Assembly (NCBI GenBank): GCA_045127475.1 | Contig: JBGVQH010000192.1 | Coordinates: forward strand, 1-37,754 | Source: Candidatus Scatosoma sp. | Lineage (GTDB): Bacteria > Bacillota > Clostridia > Christensenellales > Borkfalkiaceae | Reading direction: 5' to 3' | Length of the DNA stretch: 37,754 nt | Shown: piece by piece, positions 7,973-16,915 of the stretch | Numbering within the stretch: position 1 is the stretch's first letter | Layout of the letters: each line of letters starts with the position of its first letter | Position numbers and translations under genes: made by a program | Notes under the pieces: model-generated | Seen by the model: only the letters and a program-made list of their open reading frames with translations | Database searches by the model: none | Told to the model about the DNA's origin: nothing

Positions 7973-8710
7973 TTAGTCTCTTCTTCTATTGCCGAACATC
8001 ATCATAACCCACAGGAAAAAGCGCAGGAAATAAATCAACGAAGTCAGCAAAGAGGCAACGTAGGTCATTGCCGCCGCCGTCAGCATTTTTTCCGCAGCAG
8101 GCAATTCGTCCTCCGACAAAACCCCTTCCGCAACCAACATTTTCTTGGCTCTGCGGCTGGCATCAAATTCTACGGGCAAGGTTACCAGCAAAAACACCGT
8201 GGACAGCCCGTACAAGGCAACCCCTGCCATCGCTAAATAAAAGCCAACGTCCGAATTTTGCGTAGTCATAACAAACACGTCCAAAATCAAGCCAAGCAAG
8301 ACTAAGGGCAACGCCAATCTACTGCCCACGTTGGTAATAAACACTAGCCCGTTGCGGACTTTATAGGGGAGATACCCTTTCTTTTTCTGCACGGCGTGCC
8401 CGACCTCGTGCGCCGCCACCGCAACCGCCGCCAAGCTGTCGTTTCCATACACCCCCTCGGACAAATTAATAACTCCCTTGGTCGGGTGATAATGGTCAGA
8501 GAGCGTACCGTGCACTCTTCCCACCTCGACGTTGCGGATATGATTCGCGCGGAGCAGCCGCACCGCCGTATCCCGTCCCGTCATGCGCGAACGGGTATAA
8601 TATTGATTGTATTTGCTGTATGCGCGGTGCAATCTTGCGCTTGCCGCTCCGCTAATAAAGGCACACAAAACCATGCACGCCAACGAAATAATATAATATT
8701 TATAAAACAT
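7973..8710 (-). CDS. YugP-type membrane zinc metallopeptidase (Zn_peptidase_2 family)
   Basis: Translation has the family pattern TGRDTAVRLL...LSDHYHPTKGVINLSE...AAHEVGHAVQ (HExxH) and C-terminal transmembrane segments. Confidence 0.85.
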   Translation of the reverse strand: MFYKYYIISLACMVLCAFISGAASARLHRAYSKYNQYYTRSRMTGRDTAVRLLRANHIRNVEVGRVHGTLSDHYHPTKGVINLSEGVYGNDSLAAVAVAAHEVGHAVQKKKGYLPYKVRNGLVFITNVGSRLALPLVLLGLILDVFVMTTQNSDVGFYLAMAGVALYGLSTVFLLVTLPVEFDASRRAKKMLVAEGVLSEDELPAAEKMLTAAAMTYVASLLTSLIYFLRFFLWVMMMFGNRRRD

Positions 8711-8801
8711 CTCGCATTCCTTTTGGCAGTCTTACACCGCCGTTTTCATATTAGTATATATAGTATAACCGCTTTTTATTCGTTTTAAGCGGCTACACCT
8801 A

Positions 8802-9605
8802 TCAAAGGTCAATGGAAAAAGGATAGAGCTCCGATTTGGAAACCCCACGGTCTTTCGCTGCACGCTTTAACGCCTCTTTTTTATCCAAGCCCGCCAACAT
8901 ATAATGCTGAATATGCTCCCGTTCGCTCAATGCGTTCAGGGGGCTCTCTTTTTCTTCCGCGCCGCCGACAATCAGGACGTATTCGCCACGCTTTTCGCCC
9001 GCCAAGCCTTGCGACAAAGTAAAGTTTTTCGCCTCTTCGTGGATTTTGCTTATCTCGCGCACCGCGCACGCAGATCTATCCCCAAACACCTCGTACATTG
9101 CCTTAATATCCTTGTCCACGTCTTGGGGTGCAGAATGGAAAGCAAGAGTCAAAGCGCTGTCTTTATACTTTTCAAGCAGTGCCTTTTTCTCCCCCTGTTT
9201 TTCGGGCAAAAATCCGATAAACGCGAACCGTCCCGCGGGCAACGCCGACAAAACGAGCGCCGCCACAAAAGCGCATGCCCCAGGGATAAGGGTATACGGT
9301 TCGCCGTTGTCGCGCAAATACTTGCAGACGATATTGCCAGGATCAGATACGACAGGCGTGCCCGCGTCGGACACCACCGCTACCTTTTCCCCCCGCCTCG
9401 ACGCCGCCAAAATCTTTTCCGCCGCTTCCGTTTCATTGAATTTATGACACGCATACAAGGGCTTTTTTATCTCGTATGCGTTCAACAGCTTAACGGTATG
9501 CCGCGTATCTTCACAAAAAATAACGTCCGCTTCTTTAAGCGTTTCCAACGCACGCAGCGTAATATCCTTTAAATTGCCAATCGGCGTTGCTACAAAACTG
9601 ACCAT
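8802..9605 (-). CDS. rsmI: 16S rRNA (cytidine1402-2'-O)-methyltransferase
   Basis: N-terminus VATPIGNLKDITLRALETLKEADVIFCEDTRHT is the RsmI signature. 267 aa. Confidence 0.92.
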   Translation of the reverse strand: MVSFVATPIGNLKDITLRALETLKEADVIFCEDTRHTVKLLNAYEIKKPLYACHKFNETEAAEKILAASRRGEKVAVVSDAGTPVVSDPGNIVCKYLRDNGEPYTLIPGACAFVAALVLSALPAGRFAFIGFLPEKQGEKKALLEKYKDSALTLAFHSAPQDVDKDIKAMYEVFGDRSACAVREISKIHEEAKNFTLSQGLAGEKRGEYVLIVGGAEEKESPLNALSEREHIQHYMLAGLDKKEALKRAAKDRGVSKSELYPFSIDL

Positions 9606-9614
9606 ACTCGCTCC

Positions 9615-10319
9615 TTATCTGTTGACTATCGTTTCCAAAATTTCACAGGCGGGTTTTCCGCCCTTTACCCCCTCAATCATAACGAGATAGGGTTTCATCG
9701 CGACACGTCCCCCCACAAATTGAATTTTTTTCACCTCGATATGCTCTTCGTGCAACGTATAACAAACTTCCGCTAAGCGGTCGGCGCGGTGCAACATGCA
9801 CAACCTCCCGCCGAATTTCAGGGCAAAACTCGCCGCCCGCGCAATCTCTTGCAGGTTCAGCGTGATTTCCTTGCGGCAAACGGCTTTTTCATACTCGTCG
9901 TTGTCAAAGCCCGTACCCGCACGCTCATACGGTGGATTGCATAAAATCAGCGAAAATTTTTCGTGGTACGCTTTGTCTATTTCCTGCAATCTGCCTTGTA
10001 CAACAGAAAAATTATCAAACCCGTTATACGCCGCCGTTTTTCTTGCCAAAGCGCAAAGACCGTCCTGCATTTCGAACAACGTAACGGGCATCTTCGGGGC
10101 TTTGTCCTTGTTCAGGGCGTAAAAATGAAAGCCGACAATGCCGTTCCCCGCGCAAAAATCCGCCACTACGTCCCCCTTTTTCCATTTGGCAAAACGGGAT
10201 AACAGCACCGAATCGGATGTAAAACGGTACAGCCGAGTGTCCTGCACGATTTTCAGCCCGTCTAACATCATATCTTCCAGAACTTCGTATTCACCTAAAA
10301 CAAGTCGTTCGTCCGCCAC
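9615..10319 (-). CDS. SAM-dependent N6-adenine methyltransferase, YabB/TrmN6-like (NPPY motif)
   Basis: Motifs DFCAGNGIVG (SAM binding) and LILCNPPYE. Probable GTG start at 10319 behind GAGAGGAAAA. The ORF track's longer form (to 10415) adds an implausible Cys/Trp/Lys-rich leader. Adjacent to rsmI, as yabB-yabC are in Bacillus. Confidence 0.75.
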   Translation of the reverse strand: MADERLVLGEYEVLEDMMLDGLKIVQDTRLYRFTSDSVLLSRFAKWKKGDVVADFCAGNGIVGFHFYALNKDKAPKMPVTLFEMQDGLCALARKTAAYNGFDNFSVVQGRLQEIDKAYHEKFSLILCNPPYERAGTGFDNDEYEKAVCRKEITLNLQEIARAASFALKFGGRLCMLHRADRLAEVCYTLHEEHIEVKKIQFVGGRVAMKPYLVMIEGVKGGKPACEILETIVNR

Positions 10320-10424
10320 CGATTTTCCTCTCTTTTTTCTTTCAGTATACCATTTTTTGCATAAAAAGTCAATACCCCAACCCCCTTTCGCATATTTTTC
10401 TGCGCCAACACACAACCTATTTTC

Positions 10425-11954
10425 GTGAACACGTTAAATCTCTCTTTACAAAAAAATTTGGACGAAATCAAACGGCGTTTGCCCTCCGAAGACGTTTTGA
10501 CCTACGCCTTTACAATGGCAGATAACACCGCCTGTGCGATTGTGTACGCCGAGGGCGTGGTAAACAAGCAGCTTTTAGGCGACCTTGTGGCGCGCCCGCT
10601 TTCCCGTCTTTCTATGCCAAAAAACGAAAAAGGCGGGGGGACGGGTCGCGATGAAAAAGAAAAAGCCTACCAAAACAGCGCCAACAATACTTCGTCGCCG
10701 CAATCCTTTTTAGAGAAAGCGTTGCTTTTCCCCGAGCTGAAAACCGCCGACGATTTTACAAAAGCGGAAAAAGAAATTTTGGACGGGAATAGCTTGCTGT
10801 TGGTGGACGGCGTAGCGCAAGGCTTTATTGTCGGTGCAAAACTATTGCCCAACCGCGCCGTCATCGAGCCACCCACCGATATCGCGGTAAAAGGCCCGCG
10901 CGAAGGCTTTATCGAGGACGTAAAAACCAACATGTCGCTGGTTAGAAAACGCTTAAAAACGCCCGATTTGCGCTTTGAAACGGTGCGCGTGGGCAGATGC
11001 ACAGATACCGCCGTAACCATTTGCTATTTAAGCGGTATCGTGGACGAAAACGTAAAAAATTCCGTCAAAAAACAGCTGGACGGCATACAAATCGACAACG
11101 TAGCCGATTCGTCGTATATCGCCGCCATGCTCTCTCCGCGCAAACACTCCATTTTTCGCACCATCGGCACGACGGAAAAACCCGACGTATTCACGGCAAA
11201 GCTTTGCGAGGGCAGAGTGGGCGTGATTGTGGACGGGTCGCCGATTGCGCTTACCATGCCTTATATTCTCACCGAGGATTTACAAAGCAGCGAAGATTAT
11301 TTTATCTCCCCATTTGCCGCAACTTCCTTTCGATTTTTGCGCACGATTGCCCTGTTCATTGCCATACTTTTGCCCGGATTTTACGTCGCGGCGCAATTAT
11401 ATAAAATCCAACTGCTACCCTTAGGGCTTACTCTCACCATTGCCAGCAGCGTACGCCAAATTCCCCTGTCGCCTAGTATGGAAATGTTCGTCGTTTTACT
11501 CCTGCTCGAAATCCTAAAAGAGGCAAGTATCCGTATGCCCAAATACGTGGGGATGTCCCTATCCGTTGTCGGTGCTCTCGTGCTTGGCGAAACGGCGGTT
11601 TCCGCAGGCTTTTTGTCCACCCCTGCCATCATAATCGTTGCATTTTCGGGCATTTGCCTGTACACCGTGCCCAACTTCGTGGAAACAGGTAGCTTACTAC
11701 GCTGGCTTTTCCTACTGGTAGCAGGCAGCCTTGGCGCACTCGGCATTGTGCTGTTTGCCGCGTTTTTGCTCTACTACCTCGTATCGGCAGACGCGTTTGG
11801 AGCTCCCATTCTCGCACCTTTTTCCCCTCTCATTTCCCACGACCTGCGGGATACTGTCGTGAAATACGACATGTTCTCCCTCACCCAGCGCCCGAAGTTG
11901 TTTCACGTGAAAAATAAAACGCGTTTTCGTCCGCCGAACACGGACGCAGAATAA
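10425..11954 (+). CDS. Spore germination receptor subunit A (GerA/GerK A-type)
   Basis: 509 aa. The soluble N-terminal domain (IVYAEGVVNKQLL, PPTDIAVKGPREGFIED, KRLKTPDL) plus C-terminal multi-TM region is typical of GerAA-family proteins. GTG start. Confidence 0.9.
   Translation: MNTLNLSLQKNLDEIKRRLPSEDVLTYAFTMADNTACAIVYAEGVVNKQLLGDLVARPLSRLSMPKNEKGGGTGRDEKEKAYQNSANNTSSPQSFLEKALLFPELKTADDFTKAEKEILDGNSLLLVDGVAQGFIVGAKLLPNRAVIEPPTDIAVKGPREGFIEDVKTNMSLVRKRLKTPDLRFETVRVGRCTDTAVTICYLSGIVDENVKNSVKKQLDGIQIDNVADSSYIAAMLSPRKHSIFRTIGTTEKPDVFTAKLCEGRVGVIVDGSPIALTMPYILTEDLQSSEDYFISPFAATSFRFLRTIALFIAILLPGFYVAAQLYKIQLLPLGLTLTIASSVRQIPLSPSMEMFVVLLLLEILKEASIRMPKYVGMSLSVVGALVLGETAVSAGFLSTPAIIIVAFSGICLYTVPNFVETGSLLRWLFLLVAGSLGALGIVLFAAFLLYYLVSADAFGAPILAPFSPLISHDLRDTVVKYDMFSLTQRPKLFHVKNKTRFRPPNTDAE
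11899..11914. promoter_or_regulatory. parS-like centromere site (15/16 match to TGTTTCACGTGAAACA)
   Basis: TGTTTCACGTGAAAAA, read directly inside the 3' end of the Ger A-subunit gene. One mismatch, at position 15. Confidence 0.6.
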
Positions 11955-12030
11955 AGGTGCGGGGACGTATCGCAACGAACTCCTAAAAAACGCAACGCCA
12001 ACCCAAAACACGAAAAGGAGAACAACCGCT

Positions 12031-13260
12031 TTGCAGACAAAAAACACCACCGTTTATCCCAGCGCACCCAATAAAAACCAAACCGTTTTGCCCCGCCAAG
12101 TGGCGCTTGCCGCCGCATTTTTATTACCGCTGGGCAAATTTTTAGAAGTTCCTGCCCTTTTATCCCGCTACGCAAAGGGGGATATCTTATTACCTGCGCT
12201 GTTGCATTTCCTCATCGAAACGCTGGTGCTGCTTGCGGTGCTCTACGCCGCCACACGCAGCGACAAAACGTTGATTGAACGCATGAACGCCGCCCTTGGC
12301 AAATGGTCGGCTCTCGTCTACGTGCTGTTCGCGGTGTATTATCTTTTTGCCGCGTTACTTCCTATTTTGGATTTGGAAAAATTTGTCTATGCGGTATTTT
12401 TCGATACCGCCCCTACCGTATTTTACTTTGCGGCGTTTTTCCTTTTTTCTGCCTTTTTTGCCTCCAAGGGCATCAAGTCAATAGGACGAGTTGCCGACCT
12501 TTGCGTTTTTCTGTTCGTTTTGCCCTTTTTGGCTCTGATTATTATGTCGTTTACCGAAACGGATTTTTCTCACCTGCTCCCCTTTTTCGGCACAAAATTT
12601 TCTGACGTTTTGCGCGGTGTTCGCTATACGTCCCCCCACTTTTCCGACACAATCCTGCTTTTGCCCCTTATTGCAAATTGTCGGTTTTCTTCCCACGACG
12701 CCGACAAAAAAACCTCCCACACAAAAATCGACCACGCCAAAGGGAGCAAACAAATCGTACTTGGTTACGCCGTCGGAGCGGCTCTTACCTTGCTCCTTTT
12801 TGCCGTATTTTATTCCGTTTTCAGCTCGATAGCTCCGCGCGAACATTATGCTTTTTCTAAAATCGCGCAATACTTCCCCGCGCTGGAGGTTATCGGTCGA
12901 GTAGATTTGCTTTTTGTCTACCTTTTGACCGTCGCGCTCTTTTTCTATACCTGTCTTCCCATTCATTATACGACGGGGTGTATCGCAAACACCCTGCGCG
13001 TACACCGCCGCACGTGGATTTCGGCAATCCTCAATTTTTCCCTGTTCCTTTTTGCCCTGTTCTGCAACCGCTTTTACAACGCCTTTTACAGTGTAATTGC
13101 CGGTCGTCTTGCCCCCATTTTTTGGTTCGTTGCAGACATGCTCCCCCTGCTTTTACTTTTTCTGCCGAAAAACGGAAAGCCGAACTTTGCCCCGCCAACG
13201 CCCAAAAATTCTGTGCGCGCCGCCGCAAAAAAATCGAAAAAGGAGAACGCAAATGCATAA
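12031..13260 (+). CDS. Spore germination receptor subunit B (GerAB-type permease)
   Basis: About 10-TM hydrophobic protein directly between the A and C subunits. APC-like spore germination permease pattern. The start codon (TTG at 12031) is uncertain. Confidence 0.8.
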   Translation: MQTKNTTVYPSAPNKNQTVLPRQVALAAAFLLPLGKFLEVPALLSRYAKGDILLPALLHFLIETLVLLAVLYAATRSDKTLIERMNAALGKWSALVYVLFAVYYLFAALLPILDLEKFVYAVFFDTAPTVFYFAAFFLFSAFFASKGIKSIGRVADLCVFLFVLPFLALIIMSFTETDFSHLLPFFGTKFSDVLRGVRYTSPHFSDTILLLPLIANCRFSSHDADKKTSHTKIDHAKGSKQIVLGYAVGAALTLLLFAVFYSVFSSIAPREHYAFSKIAQYFPALEVIGRVDLLFVYLLTVALFFYTCLPIHYTTGCIANTLRVHRRTWISAILNFSLFLFALFCNRFYNAFYSVIAGRLAPIFWFVADMLPLLLLFLPKNGKPNFAPPTPKNSVRAAAKKSKKENANA

Positions 13261-14515
13261 CGTACACACCCGCAACACCGTGCGCTATTATATTTTAATT
13301 GTCGCTGTCCTTGCTTTTTTGTTTTTTTCCAACGACTTCGGCTTGACCGACGTGCAAAAAACGGCAATCGTGATGGCTGTCGGCATCGACCGTGAGGAGG
13401 ACGAGTTTATTTTAACCTCCCAAATCGCCGTGCCGCAAGCCTCCAAGCAAGGCGACGCCACGCAAACCGTCCAGCTTGTTAGCCGCGGTAAAACCGTTGC
13501 CGAGGCGTTTGAGCAAATCAACGCCAAAACGGGTTGGTATCCCAAGCTCGTGTTTTGCAAATTAATCATTCTTGGCGGAAAAGCCGCAGAAGAGAACGTT
13601 TTTGACGCGCTTGATTTCTTTCTTTTGGACGAATACCTTTCGGACGGTTGCTTGGTGGCGACCTGCGACGGGCTCGCCAAGGATTTACTCAACACTGCCG
13701 CGCTCGTCGACCCGTCCAGCTCCGTTGCCATGACCAAAGTCCTCTCCCCCCATGCCCAACGCGTAGGCACGGTGCTCCCGAATACCTTGCGCGAGTTCGC
13801 CATAGGGTATTTTAGCGAGAGCAAAAGCGGATATTTGCCCATATTAAAAACCGAGCCGCAACAGGAAAAAATTGGCAATGAGGGGGAGACGGGTTCAAAC
13901 GAAAGCCAAAATGGACAAAGCGACGGGCAGCAAAGCGCTCAGGGTGGTGGACAAGCCGCCTCACAAGGCAATGCACAAGGCGCACAGAGCGGACAAAACA
14001 CTGAAAAGCCGATATTCAGCGCACAGGAAACTGCGTTGTTCGTGGCAGGCAAGCGCGTGGGCACACTGACCGCAGAGGAAACGTTTGCCTATAACGCCGT
14101 AAAATATCAGCTACGCCTTGCCTCGTATTCTGTAGACAGAAAGGACGGAGTATGCACCCTTTCCGTCAAAAGCAACAGTCCGAAACGAAAGCTGCAGGTC
14201 GGCAAAGACGGCAGCGCCAACTTCAAAATTGACCTTACCCTCAGCGCAGGGCTTTTGGACAACTCCTACTCATTGCCCTTGAACGAAATTGTGGACGTTG
14301 GGGACGTTCCTGGCGACGTTTTCACCGCCGCGCAAAAAAAGCTGTCGGGCGAAATCAAAACGCTGTTTGAAAAGAGCAAAGCAATCAGGTGCGACTTGTT
14401 CGGCGTGCGAGAGCTGCTTGTCAAATACCAAAACCGCAGCTTGCACCGTTTTCAAGACACCTTGCTTTCTAACACAACCATTTCCGTCAACGTTACCTTT
14501 CAAAACGTTCGCTAA
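13253..14515 (+). CDS. Spore germination receptor subunit C (Ger(x)C-type), N-terminal membrane anchor without a lipobox Cys
   Basis: ATG at 13253 is preceded by AAAGGAG and overlaps the B-subunit stop (ATGCATAA). Contains the Ger(x)C-like AVGIDREEDEFILTSQIAVP motif. The internal Q/G/S-rich low-complexity insert is unusual. Confidence 0.8.
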   Translation: MHNVHTRNTVRYYILIVAVLAFLFFSNDFGLTDVQKTAIVMAVGIDREEDEFILTSQIAVPQASKQGDATQTVQLVSRGKTVAEAFEQINAKTGWYPKLVFCKLIILGGKAAEENVFDALDFFLLDEYLSDGCLVATCDGLAKDLLNTAALVDPSSSVAMTKVLSPHAQRVGTVLPNTLREFAIGYFSESKSGYLPILKTEPQQEKIGNEGETGSNESQNGQSDGQQSAQGGGQAASQGNAQGAQSGQNTEKPIFSAQETALFVAGKRVGTLTAEETFAYNAVKYQLRLASYSVDRKDGVCTLSVKSNSPKRKLQVGKDGSANFKIDLTLSAGLLDNSYSLPLNEIVDVGDVPGDVFTAAQKKLSGEIKTLFEKSKAIRCDLFGVRELLVKYQNRSLHRFQDTLLSNTTISVNVTFQNVR

Positions 14516-14560
14516 CCTTTCGCGGCTCGTTGCTGCACAATTTTCTCGTTTTTTTGTAGG

Positions 14561-15021
14561 TTATCCACCACACAAAAGTTATCCACATTCCCGCTTTTAT
14601 CCTCTTTTCTTTCCTTTGCAAGAAAACGGGTTTCTTGTCGGTTGCTGTCGAAAAATACGATTATAAATTCATACCGTATATAAAAAATTAAGGTTATCCA
14701 CTGAAAAAGTGGATAAAATAGGGTTGTCCACACCACAAAATTACTTTTTGTGGATAAACACCCCCTTTATCATCATAGAAAATTTTATAAAACCGATTAA
14801 AAATCGCTAAATCCCTTTATTTCCCCAACTTTTCTTTGTGGATAACTTTGTCCACACGTGCATTTTTCTTTTATTTTTTGGTGATTTTTTCGTGGATAAG
14901 TGTGTAAGAAAACGAAAATTGTGGATAAGATTCACACATCATCCCGCAAAAAACCACAGAAAACGGGCTTTTTATCCACAAACATTCGTTCTTTTTGTAT
15001 TCTTTCCTAAAGTTATCCACT
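14561..15021. promoter_or_regulatory. Dense DnaA-box cluster A (12 boxes) in a convergent intergenic region
   Basis: Perfect TTATCCACA/TGTGGATAA at 14579, 14749, 14837, 14930 and 14972. One-mismatch boxes at 14561, 14694, 14708, 14724, 14848, 14891 and 15013. Includes the 23-bp palindrome TTATCCACTGAAAAAGTGGATAA (14694-14716). The last box is followed by TAA-CCCGCC and an AT-rich tract. Confidence 0.9.
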
Positions 15022-15110
15022 TAACCCGCCGATAGCATAAATGTATATCTTTATACAAACGCATAAATTTTCCGTGTTTTAAAGCAAAAGCCTTTCTGTA
15101 AAATCGCAAG

Positions 15111-15134
15111 AAAAAAGCCCGATTTTTTTCGGAC
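15111..15134 (-). terminator. Weak intrinsic terminator for cvpA
   Basis: On the minus strand: GTCCGA-A7-TCGGGC (one G-U pair) followed by T6. Short stem, so low confidence. Confidence 0.4.
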
Positions 15135-15176
15135 TTTTTCATTTTTTATCAAAATTTATACGACAAGAAACGCCCG

Positions 15177-15884
15177 TCAAAGCACCAAGCTAAGCAACCA
15201 AAGCACGGGATTATACTTATATATAAACCCGATAAGAATACTTCTATTCAGCGCATTGCTGACCGACTGTACGGGGATAATCGTAAACACGGTAAGAATA
15301 AAGCTGACCAACAGTGTAAAACCCAACACTCCGACAAACGCGCCCAACAAACTGTTTGCCGCCCCGACAAGCTTTAAGCGTTGTGCAACCCCTTCCAACA
15401 CGCCCTTCATCAAGCGCATCAACAATTTCGCCAAGATAAAAATAGCCACTCCGCAAAGAACCGTCGTTGCTAAGGACGAAGTAACGTCCCCAAGCGCCAC
15501 CGCCAACACTGTGCCCTCCTGTGCGCTCTTCGTCATTTTCAACACAAGCTGAACCAAAATTGCCGACATATTTTTGTCTTTTAACGCCGCCTCCGTGCCC
15601 TCGCCAACGACGTGCGTATCAAAGCCCTTCACCCGCATAAACGCATCCGTAAACGTTTTGTCCAGCGTCTTTTTCAATCCGAACAGCCCGTCCGTCGCGT
15701 TCACCAATATTTTTGCTAAAAAAATAGCAGCAAGCAACGCAATTACCGTCGAGAAAAAGCCGAAAAAGCAGTCTATAAAACCCCGTTTGGCGCAATAGAT
15801 TACGTATCCCAGCAGCACCAACGCCAAAACGCCGTCCAAAAGATAATTCGTCCAACGCACAGCGCAAAGATTTTGCAAAAACAT
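15177..15884 (-). CDS. cvpA: CvpA-family membrane protein
   Basis: Start moved to the ATG at 15884 (AAAGGAGAAATT upstream). N-terminal pattern NYLLDGVLALVLLGYVIYCAKRGFI plus 4 TM segments is typical of the colicin V production protein family. Confidence 0.75.
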   Translation of the reverse strand: MFLQNLCAVRWTNYLLDGVLALVLLGYVIYCAKRGFIDCFFGFFSTVIALLAAIFLAKILVNATDGLFGLKKTLDKTFTDAFMRVKGFDTHVVGEGTEAALKDKNMSAILVQLVLKMTKSAQEGTVLAVALGDVTSSLATTVLCGVAIFILAKLLMRLMKGVLEGVAQRLKLVGAANSLLGAFVGVLGFTLLVSFILTVFTIIPVQSVSNALNRSILIGFIYKYNPVLWLLSLVL

Positions 15885-16118
15885 AATTTCTCCTTTGCGG
15901 CGCAACCTCTAAGGTGCGCCCTCGCGTGTATATTCTTCCCGTTTGCACACCTATTATACCACAACCTCCACGCCTTTTCAAGCCCCAAACGTCAATTCTT
16001 ACACAACTTTTTGCAATTTTCCTCGTTTCCGTTTAATAAGCGCTCCTTTTGGCTATATTCTCTATTGCACGCGCGCACCGCGCGTTGCATACCAAAATCA
16101 AACGGAGCTTTTTAACCA

Positions 16119-16805
16119 ATGGAGTACGCTTTTCACGTATACAACAAGCTTGCCACAGACGGCGCGACTATGTCCTTACACCACCTTTTAAACGGCGCTT
16201 ATCAACGCAAAAAACACAAAAAGCGGGGGGACGTATCGCGTTCAAGCCAAAATGTAGCAGTTAAAGACGAAGAAACTGCGCTCCTCGATACAACCGCGCC
16301 CAACCCGCCTATCGTCGTTTGCGTGGGGAGCGACCTTGCCATCGGGGACAGCCTTGGCCCGATTGTCGGCTCAATGCTGCAATACAAAACGCAGGGTTTA
16401 AATACCTTTATTTATGGAACGCTTTCCGCGCCCGTTACCGCCAAAGAAATCGGCACAATCCGTACCTTTTTGCGTGAAACCCACCGCGGAGAGCAGGTTC
16501 TTGCTATCGACGCCGCCGTGGGCGACAAAGGGGATATCGGGCTGATTAAGCTGAGCGATACCCCCCTGCTCCCCGGTGCAGGTGCAAACAAAAATCTCGG
16601 TGCAGTGGGGGACGTGTCGATTATGGCGGTCGTAGCGGAAAAATCGGTTAGCAATTACGGGCTTTTAAACACCACCCGCCTAAACCTTGTGTATTCCATG
16701 TCCGAAATCATTTCCGACGCGGTCGCCGCGTTACTTTGGGAGCGTTGCTCGGCAAAAAACAGCCGCAAAAACGACGTCGCTTACGCCAACAACTACGCTA
16801 GGTAA
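16119..16805 (+). CDS. yyaC: Spore protease YyaC (DUF1256)
   Basis: Core VVCVGSDLAIGDSLGPIVGSML...AIDAAVG matches the YyaC family signature. The N-terminal start is uncertain (alternative Met 18). Confidence 0.8.
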   Translation: MEYAFHVYNKLATDGATMSLHHLLNGAYQRKKHKKRGDVSRSSQNVAVKDEETALLDTTAPNPPIVVCVGSDLAIGDSLGPIVGSMLQYKTQGLNTFIYGTLSAPVTAKEIGTIRTFLRETHRGEQVLAIDAAVGDKGDIGLIKLSDTPLLPGAGANKNLGAVGDVSIMAVVAEKSVSNYGLLNTTRLNLVYSMSEIISDAVAALLWERCSAKNSRKNDVAYANNYAR

Positions 16806-16831
16806 TGCTAAAATTTTTTTCATAAAAACGC

Positions 16832-16861
16832 TTGACAGCGTTACGTTCGCCGTGCTATAAT
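16832..16861 (+). promoter_or_regulatory. Sigma-A promoter upstream of the preQ1 riboswitch and queT (TTGACA-18-TGcTATAAT)
   Basis: -35 TTGACA at 16832-16837. Extended -10 TGCTATAAT at 16853-16861. Confidence 0.65.
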
Positions 16862-16869
16862 AACCCACG

Positions 16870-16915
16870 AACGGGAAGGTTTTCGGTAAACACTTCCAAA
16901 TAAAAAAACCGAGGT
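16870..16915 (+). ncRNA. preQ1-I riboswitch (translational, sequesters the SD)
   Basis: P1 GGAAG (16874-16878) / CTTCC (16893-16897). The loop GTTTTCGGTAAACA contains UCGG, which can pair with CCGA in the A-rich tail AAATAAAAAAACCGAGG (pseudoknot P2 overlapping the GAGG SD). Same layout as the B. subtilis queC aptamer. It sits directly upstream of queT, a known preQ1-regulated gene class. Confidence 0.65.

Noticed and set aside
14645-14651. Spo0A box (TGTCGAA) within cluster A; other copies near 146 and 37005
   Set aside because: A 7-mer is expected about 4-5 times by chance in this window on both strands, and the observed count is not enriched.
14512-15035. Small ORFs 14512..14736 (-) and 14838..15035 (+) inside DnaA-box cluster A
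   Set aside because: Their reading frames are built from repeated TTATCCACA/TGTGGATAA boxes (for example, the WITL and VDN(F/L) strings in the translations). There is no RBS, so the region is better explained as non-coding DnaA-box DNA.
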